The translations under genes and the position numbers were made by a program. A stretch of DNA of 64,000 nucleotides from positions 6,220-70,219 of the forward strand of contig DUUT01000054.1 in the NCBI GenBank assembly GCA_012841405.1, written 5' to 3'. Source of the DNA: Chloroflexota bacterium (lineage in GTDB: Bacteria; Chloroflexota; Anaerolineae; UBA1429). The notes beneath the pieces were generated by a model. The model did no database searches. It saw nothing but the letters and a program-made list of their open reading frames with translations, and was not told where the DNA came from. The number at the start of each line of letters is the position of its first letter. The first letter of the stretch is position 1. Shown here one piece after another: positions 57,009-64,000 of the stretch.

Positions 57009-57491
57009 GTGGGGAAACGCATCCTGGTGGTGGACGACGACGAGCGGATCCTCTTTGTACTTGAGCACGCCCTACTGAGCCTGGCACCCGACACCGAGGT
57101 GATTACGGCAACCAATGCCGCCCAGGCTCTCGAGCAGGTGAGCGAAGTGCGGGTGGACCTCGTTCTCACCGACCTCCGCATGCCGGGGCAGGACGGCATC
57201 TCGCTGACGAGTGACCTGCGTCTGCTGATCCCGACCACGCCCGTCATCTGGGTGACGGCTCATCACGGGCCGGCAGTGTCGGAGGAGGCACGGCGCCTGG
57301 GGGTATTCGGCTGTCTGACCAAGCCGGCGGATCTGGCCGAGATTCGCGCGATGGCCCGTAGGGCGCTGGAGCAGGGCGTGGGGCTGCATACGGCGGCGGC
57401 GAACGCGCGAGCGCGGATCGACGCCACACCACGAAAGGAGGCGGAGGCGGGATCACAACCGGCGCAGCCGTCGATCCTGTATGGGGAGTGA
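57009..57491 (+). CDS. Stand-alone receiver-domain response regulator
   Basis: GKRILVVDDDERILFVL....DLVLTDLRMPGQDGISL.....VIWVTAHHG.....RRLGVFGCLTKP. GTG start at 57009 with GGAGGT RBS. Confidence 0.8.
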   Translation: MGKRILVVDDDERILFVLEHALLSLAPDTEVITATNAAQALEQVSEVRVDLVLTDLRMPGQDGISLTSDLRLLIPTTPVIWVTAHHGPAVSEEARRLGVFGCLTKPADLAEIRAMARRALEQGVGLHTAAANARARIDATPRKEAEAGSQPAQPSILYGE

Positions 57492-57582
57492 TCACGAAGG
57501 TGCATTACGGCGTGCTTTGGTGACCGCACAGCGTTTGAGTGCATTGGTTACTGCACAACCAACCAGAAGACGAGGAGACAAG

Positions 57583-57879
57583 ATGTCCAGCATTCTAAAG
57601 GTATCCGCTCAGTCGAGGTCCACAGCCGTTGCGGGGGCGATCGCAGGCGTCATCCGTGAGAGTGGACGCGCCGAGGTTCAAGCCATTGGGGCAGGGGCAG
57701 TGAATCAGGCGGCCAAGGCAGTAGCCATTGCGCGCTCGTATTTGGCGCTTGACGGCTTTGATGTGGTGGTGATCCCCGCCTTCACCGAAGTGAACATCGC
57801 CGATCAGGTGCGTACGGCGATCAAGTTTACCATCGAGGACCGGGTTGCGGCCACTCAGCCAGATGTGCCGCTCGCCTAG
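57583..57879 (+). CDS. spoVS: SpoVS-family protein
   Basis: MSSILKVSAQSRSTAVAGAIAGVIRESGRAEVQAIGAGAVNQAAKAVAIARSYLALDGFDVVVIPAFTEVNI....RTAIKF is very close to the stage V sporulation protein S consensus. Confidence 0.9.
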   Translation: MSSILKVSAQSRSTAVAGAIAGVIRESGRAEVQAIGAGAVNQAAKAVAIARSYLALDGFDVVVIPAFTEVNIADQVRTAIKFTIEDRVAATQPDVPLA

Positions 57880-58239
57880 TTGCCGGGCAGCGGGCGGCAT
57901 ACTTCGGCTCAAGCATGCCCTCCATGCCGATTACATACCACACTGGTGAACATGAACATCAACAACGCGATACGCCTTCGTGATCACTCCGCGTGCAGGA
58001 TGGGCAACCACAGGAGCCGGTAGCGCCACCGGCTCCTCTCCCCATTTCTCCCCTCTCGACACGTCCCGCCCATATCCCTGTTCATGCCCCTCTCTGCTCC
58101 ACATCGCCGCTCATCCGTTCGCGCAGCGCTGGGCAGCAACGGTTGCTCGGCACATGCCACGATAGGCCGCGACGCTTGCGCAGCGCAGCAACGGCCGACG
58201 TGCCGGAGCCTCGCGGCGGTCCCCTTGTGGAGGTTGCAG

Positions 58240-59259
58240 ATGGCGAGTCGAGTTCGAACGGGACACCAGGTTCTGTTGCGCCGCGAGCACAAGAACCCGA
58301 TCCTCACCGCTGATGACTGGCCCTATCCCGCGCACACGGTGATGAACCCCGGCGCCACGCTCTTGGAAGATGGCACGACGCTCCTCCTCTGCCGGGTAGA
58401 GGATCGGCGCGGCATCTCGCACCTGACTGCGGCGCGCTCGCATAACGGCGTCAGCGGCTGGGAGATCGCCCCCACACCCACGATGATGTCGGATCCCCAG
58501 GCTCGCCCCGAGGAGCTGTGGGGTATCGAAGATCCACGGATTGTCTACGCTGAGGAGCTGGGCGTCTATGTGATCACCTACACCGCCGTCTCGATCAATG
58601 GCCCGGGCGTAGCCCTCAGCACCACTACCGATTTCCACACCTTTGAGCACTATGGCTTTATCATGTCTCCCGATAACAAGGATAGCGCCCTCTTGCCCCG
58701 CCGTATTGGCGGTAACTGGGCCCTCATCCATCGCCCCAGCAATCCGGAGGGGGCCCACATCTGGATCTCGTACTCGCCCGACCTGCGCCACTGGGGCAGC
58801 CACAAGCTGATTCTCGCTTCTCGGCGCGGCACGTGGTGGGATGCCAACAAGATCGGTCTGTCGCCGCCCGTCATTGACACCCCCCGCGGCTGGCTGATGC
58901 TCTACCACGGCGTGCGCACGACGGCCTCGGGGTCCATCTATCGTGTCGGGCTCGCTCTCTTTGACCGCGACGAGCCCGAGCGCTGCCTGTTGCGCGGCGA
59001 CGATTGGATCTTTGCCCCCGAAGAGCCCTACGAGCGTGAGGGCGATGTGGACGACGTTGTCTTTCCCTGCGGCTACACCATCGGGCCCGACGGTGACACG
59101 CTCAACATCTACTACGGCGCGGCGGATACGTGCATCGCGCTGGCGCGGGCCAGCATTGGTGAGTTGCTGGAATGGCTCGACAGGAATGGCCGCCCCTACC
59201 AGGCGACGCCTCCCATCGATAGCGTCATCGGCCGCCCGGAGGAGAGGCTGGCCATCTGA
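58240..59259 (+). CDS. GH130-family glycoside phosphorylase/hydrolase (beta-mannoside-type, five-bladed propeller)
   Basis: NPILT...WPY....V.NPGA......T.LL.RVED..G.S.L..ARS.NG...W, EDPRI, DSAL.PRRIGG.WALIHRP, W...K.G...P.I.T..GWLMLYHGV, VVFPCG......GDTL.IYYGAADT.IALA. Confidence 0.8.
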   Translation: MASRVRTGHQVLLRREHKNPILTADDWPYPAHTVMNPGATLLEDGTTLLLCRVEDRRGISHLTAARSHNGVSGWEIAPTPTMMSDPQARPEELWGIEDPRIVYAEELGVYVITYTAVSINGPGVALSTTTDFHTFEHYGFIMSPDNKDSALLPRRIGGNWALIHRPSNPEGAHIWISYSPDLRHWGSHKLILASRRGTWWDANKIGLSPPVIDTPRGWLMLYHGVRTTASGSIYRVGLALFDRDEPERCLLRGDDWIFAPEEPYEREGDVDDVVFPCGYTIGPDGDTLNIYYGAADTCIALARASIGELLEWLDRNGRPYQATPPIDSVIGRPEERLAI

Positions 59260-59460
59260 CAGCCATCCGGGCACGGATCGGCGTGGCTGTCAGGGCTTCC
59301 CCAGTCCTCAGGAGAAGGGAGGGGGGCGGGCGCGCTTGTGTGCCGCTGGCACGACGGGTAGACTGCGGCGATGCTCCAGAACGCGGAGCATCGCCGCTTG
59401 CTATACCCATCATGCCGCCGTCCCCATCGCGGCGGATCACCCACACCCAGCGGAGGAACC

Positions 59461-60651
59461 ATGACCAAGATCACGCGCCTCGAGATTCTGCGGGTACCGC
59501 CGAGTTGGGTCTGGCTTCGTATCCACACGGACGAGGGGGTCACCGGCCTCGGAGAACCCTACCTGGAGAACCACCCCGAAAGCGTCATCGCCGAGGTGCG
59601 GCGTCTCGAGCCGCTCCTGATAGGCCACGATCCAACGCGCATCGAGGCCCTATGGCAGGCGATGTACAACGCCGGCGTGGGCTACAAGGGCGGCCCCGTC
59701 ACCATGAGCGCCATCAGCGGTATCGACATTGCCCTGTGGGACATCGTCGGCAAGCTCGCCGGGCAACCGATCCACCGCCTCCTCGGTGGCGCCACCCGTG
59801 ATCGGGTGCGCATGTACCGCGCCACCGGCGGTGAGATGCCGCATGTCGTCGAGCCGGGCAGGCCCTACCGGGAGGCAGGCGCGCCGCGCCCACGCCGCCT
59901 CGCCGAGCCCGCCGTCTGGGCCGAGGCGGCACGGACCCTGGTGGAGGAGTGGGGCTTTCGTTGCCTGAAGGTGCACTTTGGCCCCGGGGAGGGGATCGAG
60001 GCCACGGGCCAGGTGGACGCGCTGGCAGAGCGTTTTGCCGCCGTGCGCGAGGGCGCCGGGCCCGACGTCGATGTGGCGGTGGACATCCACAACCCGCACC
60101 CTACCGTGGCGTCGCAGATCATCGATGCCCTGGCCCCCTACCGCCCCCTCTTTGTCGAGGAGCCGATGCCGATCGAGCGCGTCGATGCCCTCGTCGAGGT
60201 GGCGCGTCGGACGAATGTGCCCATCGCCGCGGGGGAGCGCTGGATGGGCAAGTGGGTGTTCTTTGACGCCCTGGCGCGCGGCGCGCTGGCCGTGCTCCAG
60301 CCCGACATCTGCCATGCCGGAGGTATTACCGAATGCCACAAGATCGCCGTCATGGGCGAGGCGGCCTACGCCCGGCTGGCGCTCCACTGCCCTCTCAGCC
60401 CGCTGGCCTTGGCGGCGTCGATCCAGCTCGATGCCTGCGCGCCGAATTTCCTCGTCCAGGAGCACAACGAGGTGAACGCTTGGCGCGAGGGGGGCCGCAC
60501 CTACCTTGGAGCGGGATACTTGCGCGAGCCGTTCATCCTCGACGAGGACGGCTGTGTTGCCGTGCCCGCCGGCCCGGGCCTGGGGATCGAGCTCGATGAG
60601 AAGGGGATGGAGCGCATCATGGAGCTCCCCTGGCGGGTGCAGAGGGGCTAG
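59461..60651 (+). CDS. Enolase-superfamily dehydratase (galactonate-dehydratase-like)
   Basis: MTKITRLEILRVPPSWVWLRIHTDEGVTGLGEP, AISGIDIALWDI.GK..GQPI..LLGG, VAVDIHN, FVEEP, AAGER, LQPD..HAGGITE. Confidence 0.85.
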   Translation: MTKITRLEILRVPPSWVWLRIHTDEGVTGLGEPYLENHPESVIAEVRRLEPLLIGHDPTRIEALWQAMYNAGVGYKGGPVTMSAISGIDIALWDIVGKLAGQPIHRLLGGATRDRVRMYRATGGEMPHVVEPGRPYREAGAPRPRRLAEPAVWAEAARTLVEEWGFRCLKVHFGPGEGIEATGQVDALAERFAAVREGAGPDVDVAVDIHNPHPTVASQIIDALAPYRPLFVEEPMPIERVDALVEVARRTNVPIAAGERWMGKWVFFDALARGALAVLQPDICHAGGITECHKIAVMGEAAYARLALHCPLSPLALAASIQLDACAPNFLVQEHNEVNAWREGGRTYLGAGYLREPFILDEDGCVAVPAGPGLGIELDEKGMERIMELPWRVQRG

Positions 60652-60744
60652 GGAGCGCTGGCGACGCCCCAAACGCTTGACCATCGCCATCGCACCGGGT
60701 ATCCTCCTGGTACATCATTCCTCAACCGGGAGGAGCCCGGACCC

Positions 60745-62031
60745 ATGAGTGACCAGACACCGGCGGGCGCCATCGCCCGCCAGGGACACACCGAGCTCGA
60801 CCTCGAGCTATCCGCGCGCGACCGCGCCATCCTCGGTGATCTCGCCTCGCGGGTGGCAGAGCTCGCCGCCCGCCCCGTGGAGGACGCCAAGCGCGATCTG
60901 TGGTACCGCCATAACGCCCTCGAGGCGACGCGCCCCGTCATCTTTTGTGATCCCGAGAACGGCTGGAACGAGATCATCAGGCCGGCGGACCTCGCCTGTG
61001 AGGGCGAGTTGGCGCGGAGCTGGGAGATGCGGCTGCGCAAAGAGATCTGGTGGGGCGAGGTGATGCGTGACGACCGCGTCATCGAGCCGGTGTTCGACGT
61101 CGCCCATGTGTACACCGAGAGCGACTGGGGGATGCAGGAGACGCGCATCGGTGGCCAGGACGGCGGCTCGTACACGTGGGACGCCCCTCTGAAGGACTAT
61201 GCCGACCTCGACCGCCTGCGTTTTCCCCGCATCACCGTGGATGCCGCCGCGACCGAGCGCTCCCTGGCGCTGGCGGAGGAGGCCGTGGGCCACGCGCTCA
61301 CGGTGCGGCTCAAGACGGTGTGGTGGTGGACTCTGGGGATGACATGGACGCTCATCAACCTGCGCGGCCTGACCCAGGTGATGCTCGACATGAGCGACCA
61401 TCCCGATGAGCTCCATCGTCTCATGGCCTTCTTGCGCGATGGCCACCTCGCGCGGCTCGACTATCTCGAGTCCGAAGGGTTGCTGAGCCTGAACAATGAC
61501 GGCACCTATGTGGGCTCTGGCGGTTTCGGTTGGACGCACGAGCTCCCGCAGGCCGATCACCAGGGGCGCGTGCGCACCATGGACATGTGGGGCTTTGCCG
61601 AGAGCCAGGAGACGGTGCATGTCTCGCCACGCATGTTCGCCGAGTTTGTATTTCCCTACCAAGAGCCGCTGCTCGCGCGCTTTGGCCTCAACTGCTACGG
61701 TTGTTGTGAGCCGCTGGACAAGCGCTGGCACATCGTGGAGCGTTTCCCCCGCCTGCGGCGCATCTCGGTGTCGGCGTGGGCCGACCCCGCGGCGATGGCC
61801 GAGCTGCTGGGGGATCGCTACATCTACTCCTACAAGCCCACGCCTGCGGATCTGGCGATGCCGTCCTTTGATGCCGAGCGCATTCGCGCCGGGCTGCGCG
61901 AGGTGATGCGCATCACGCGAGACTGCCGCCTCGAGGTCATCATGAAGGACAACCACACCATCGGGAACGATCCTTCCCGGGTCGTCAACTGGGTGCGGAT
62001 CGCCCGCGAAGAGGCGGAGCGCTTGACGTAA
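60745..62031 (+). CDS. Conserved hypothetical protein, possibly URO-D-like TIM-barrel family
   Basis: 428-aa ORF with normal composition and GC3 bias. The C-terminal half (...HVSPRMFAEFVFPYQEPLLARFGLNCYGCCEPLDKRW.IVERFP.LRRISVS.WAD) resembles URO-D/MtaA-like proteins. The product call is weak. Confidence 0.4.
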   Translation: MSDQTPAGAIARQGHTELDLELSARDRAILGDLASRVAELAARPVEDAKRDLWYRHNALEATRPVIFCDPENGWNEIIRPADLACEGELARSWEMRLRKEIWWGEVMRDDRVIEPVFDVAHVYTESDWGMQETRIGGQDGGSYTWDAPLKDYADLDRLRFPRITVDAAATERSLALAEEAVGHALTVRLKTVWWWTLGMTWTLINLRGLTQVMLDMSDHPDELHRLMAFLRDGHLARLDYLESEGLLSLNNDGTYVGSGGFGWTHELPQADHQGRVRTMDMWGFAESQETVHVSPRMFAEFVFPYQEPLLARFGLNCYGCCEPLDKRWHIVERFPRLRRISVSAWADPAAMAELLGDRYIYSYKPTPADLAMPSFDAERIRAGLREVMRITRDCRLEVIMKDNHTIGNDPSRVVNWVRIAREEAERLT

Positions 62032-62063
62032 CGGGCGACGCTGGCCCGTACGGGAGAGGACCC

Positions 62064-62357
62064 ATGAGCAGTACCCCCTTGAGCGCGGAGCAGGTGCGCT
62101 CCGCGCTGCAGGAGCTTGAGGGATGGACGTACGATGAGCGCCGCCTCACCAAGACCTTTCGCTTCGGTGGCTTTCCCGAGGCGATCGCCTTTATCGTACG
62201 GCTGGCGTTCGAGGCCGAAGCGCTGGACCACCATCCCGATCTCCACAACGTCTATAACCGCGTCGAGATCGCCCTAAGCACCCATGAGGCGGGTGACCGC
62301 GTCACCGAGCGCGACATCCGTCTTGCCCGCGCCATCGACGCGCTGGCGACACGCTGA
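62064..62357 (+). CDS. phhB: Pterin-4-alpha-carbinolamine dehydratase (PCD/DCoH)
   Basis: 97 aa. L.GW.......L.K.F.F..F..A.AF..R.A..AE...HHPD.....YN.V...L.TH....G.T..D is the PCD signature. Confidence 0.9.
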   Translation: MSSTPLSAEQVRSALQELEGWTYDERRLTKTFRFGGFPEAIAFIVRLAFEAEALDHHPDLHNVYNRVEIALSTHEAGDRVTERDIRLARAIDALATR

Positions 62358-62551
62358 GCACCGGCGCGTCGCCGCGAGCTGATCGCTGGGGCGCGCACCC
62401 CATCGCCCGCGTGCTCTGTCACGTGATGAGGGCACGTACGCGATGTCCTCGGTGCGCCTGCCCATCCTGACCATCGATAGCCGAACCGCCTTGCCTCACA
62501 CCTGTCGATAGCCCAACCCACATCGAACATGCATCCAAGCGGGGGAACGGC

Positions 62552-64000
62552 ATGTCCGTGCGTCTCTTCCTGGCCCCGGCGGGCTCGGGCAAGACGGCCT
62601 GGGTCCTCGACCGGGCGCGTGCCGCAACGCGTCGCCTCGAGGGCCTGGCCTACGTGTGCGTCGCCAGCCGTCTGCAGGTTCGCGCCTGCCGCCGGCGCCT
62701 GGCCGAGCGGGGTGGCGGCATGGGCGTCCACGTGGTTACCTGTGAGGGGTTGGCCGCCGCCTGCCTCGAGGCCACCCGCACTTCATACGCCGAGCTGGAC
62801 GAGGTGGTGCAGCATCGGCTCTTGCGCTGGGCCGTGGAGTGGTCGGACCTCCCCTACTACGGCGGGCTGGCCTCGAGCCCCGGCTTTATCCAGCTCTTGT
62901 GGCGCCTCATCCAAGAGCTGACATCGGCCGCCGTCACCCCCGAGTGCCTCGAGCGCGCCCTGCAGGGGACGGAGCCGCGGCTTGCGGAGCTCGGCCGCAT
63001 CTACCGTGCCTACTGGGAGGGGGCCCGCGCTCTGGGCGGAGCCGACCGGCTCGCCCTCATCCCGATGGCGCGCGACGCCATCAGGCGCGCCCCGGACGGC
63101 GTCTTGAGCGATTGGTTGCTGCTGGCCTTCGACGGTTTTGACAGCCTCACCCCCGCCCAGCTGGACCTCGTGCAGGTGCTCGCCCCTCGCGTCCCCGAAA
63201 TGGTGGTGATGCTCACGGGAGACGTGGTGCCCGCGACGCCGCTCGTCTGGCGGCGCTTTCGTCGCACGCAGCAGGACGTGGAGCGGGTGCTGGGCATCCG
63301 TGCAGAGCCGTTCCCGGCGACGTTCGACCCGGGGCAGCGACCCCTCGCCTCCCTCGAGCCCGCGCTGCGGGATGGTGGGCGCGCTCCGGCGGCGCACTGC
63401 GCGGGCGTCGAGCTGTTGGAGGCGCCAGACCGCGCGAGCGAGGTGCGCGAGGCGTTGCGCTGGCTGAAGGAGCGCCTCGTGCACGACGGCCTGCGGCCGG
63501 GAGACGTGGCGTTGCTGGCGCGCGACCTGGACGCCTACCGCCCCTACATGCTGCAGATCGCCGCCGAGATGGGCCTGCCGCTCCGCGTGGCGGGAGGCGT
63601 TCCTCTTTCTGGCGTGCCCGTTATTGCCGCTATCCTCGACCTGCTGCGCTTGACGCTGCCGGCGGAGCGCGATGGCGCCGGGCCAGCGCTGCCTTACCGG
63701 TTGCTGGTGGAGGCGTGGCGGTCGCCGTACTTTGACTGGCAGGCCCTCCTGTCGGACGACGGGGGCCCACCGGACACGAGCGATGGTCCTAGCGGTGGTG
63801 CCGAGAGCGGCGCTACCGGCGGCGGCGAGCTCGCAGGGGCGCCCATCGACGGGGCCGCGGTGGCTAGCGCCCTCGATGCGGTGGCCCGCGCAGGTCGCGT
63901 CATCGGCGGTTGGGACCAGTGGGAGGAGGCGTTGTGCCGACGCGCTGCGGCCCGGCCGGACGAGGACGCGGAGCGCGATGATGGCTTTGACGGCGGGGAC
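62552..64000 (+). CDS. AddB-like helicase-nuclease subunit / PD-(D/E)XK-family protein, N-terminal part (partial, continues past the right edge)
   Basis: Open-ended frame, not in the ORF track. My translation from ATG 62552 reads MSVRLFLAPAGSGKTAWVLDRA... (Walker A), ...LLLAFDGFDSLTPAQLDLVQVL..., ...ELLEAPDRASEVREALRWLKE.....GLRPGDVALLARDL..Y. This layout is typical of AddB/RexB-type subunits. Confidence 0.65.
   Translation, partial: MSVRLFLAPAGSGKTAWVLDRARAATRRLEGLAYVCVASRLQVRACRRRLAERGGGMGVHVVTCEGLAAACLEATRTSYAELDEVVQHRLLRWAVEWSDLPYYGGLASSPGFIQLLWRLIQELTSAAVTPECLERALQGTEPRLAELGRIYRAYWEGARALGGADRLALIPMARDAIRRAPDGVLSDWLLLAFDGFDSLTPAQLDLVQVLAPRVPEMVVMLTGDVVPATPLVWRRFRRTQQDVERVLGIRAEPFPATFDPGQRPLASLEPALRDGGRAPAAHCAGVELLEAPDRASEVREALRWLKERLVHDGLRPGDVALLARDLDAYRPYMLQIAAEMGLPLRVAGGVPLSGVPVIAAILDLLRLTLPAERDGAGPALPYRLLVEAWRSPYFDWQALLSDDGGPPDTSDGPSGGAESGATGGGELAGAPIDGAAVASALDAVARAGRVIGGWDQWEEALCRRAAARPDEDAERDDGFDGGD

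Noticed and set aside
62529-62921. 130-aa plus-strand ORF at the start of the last gene region.
   Set aside because: It is out of frame with, and fully overlapped by, the open-ended frame starting at 62552. That frame has a Walker A motif and AddB-like motifs, while the 130-aa product is Pro/Arg/Ala/Ser-rich.
1-64000. Looked for CRISPR arrays, tRNA/rRNA genes, prophage or integrase genes, toxin-antitoxin pairs and defence-system signatures.
   Set aside because: - There are no regularly spaced direct repeats.
- No tRNA-like T-arm consensus was noticed in the few intergenic regions longer than 70 nt.
- No integrase or transposase ORFs are present.
- Every sizeable ORF is accounted for by flagellar, chemotaxis, glycosylation or metabolic functions.
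- A tRNAscan/Infernal run would be the definitive check.

Overview
GC-rich (about two thirds G+C by eye, G/C-dominated third codon positions) bacterial chromosomal segment. All calls come from reading the ORF track and the sequence; no database search was possible.

Positions 1-41.6 kb hold a nearly complete monoderm-type flagellum/chemotaxis regulon in three blocks:
- Minus strand, running off the left edge: a glycoside-hydrolase-like gene, then flgC-fliE-fliF.
- Minus strand: late genes fliC-fliS-fliD-flaG-sortase, then a TPR/glycosyltransferase/wecB island, then cheW-cheA-cheC-cheD-cheY-cheB-cheR-cheX-cheX.
- Plus strand: flbD-motA-motB-fliL-fliM-fliN-fliO-fliP-fliQ-fliR-flhB-flhA, a small membrane protein, fliA, an LPVTG protein, flgF-flgG, then flgM-flgN-flgK-flgL-fliW-csrA.

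No P/L-ring genes, flhF/flhG, flgB or receptor (MCP) genes lie in the window. Positions 41.7-64 kb are ordinary accessory and housekeeping genes: response regulators, a PAS/GAF histidine kinase, two enolase-superfamily enzymes, URO-D-like proteins, an epimerase, an aldo-keto reductase, a CDF transporter, malQ, spoVS, a GH130 enzyme, a pterin dehydratase and a partial addB-like gene.

Main hunt results:
1. A sortase is the last gene of the flagellin operon. A signal-peptide/LPVTG cell-wall-sorted protein is translationally coupled to flgF. Together they suggest a sortase-anchored flagellar component.
2. A clan GH-A hydrolase with a long disordered N-terminus sits in the slot normally held by flgB.
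3. A self-consistent FliA-type promoter motif, CTCWAG-N14-GCCGAT, precedes fliC, flgM, cheW and the TPR/glycosyltransferase operon.
4. The fliC leader carries a textbook CsrA hairpin next to fliW-csrA.
5. A roughly 138-bp CTAG-bounded MITE-like element occurs in three copies, each abutting a TAG stop codon.
6. A GGAGG-rich tandem repeat lies at the sortase 3' end.
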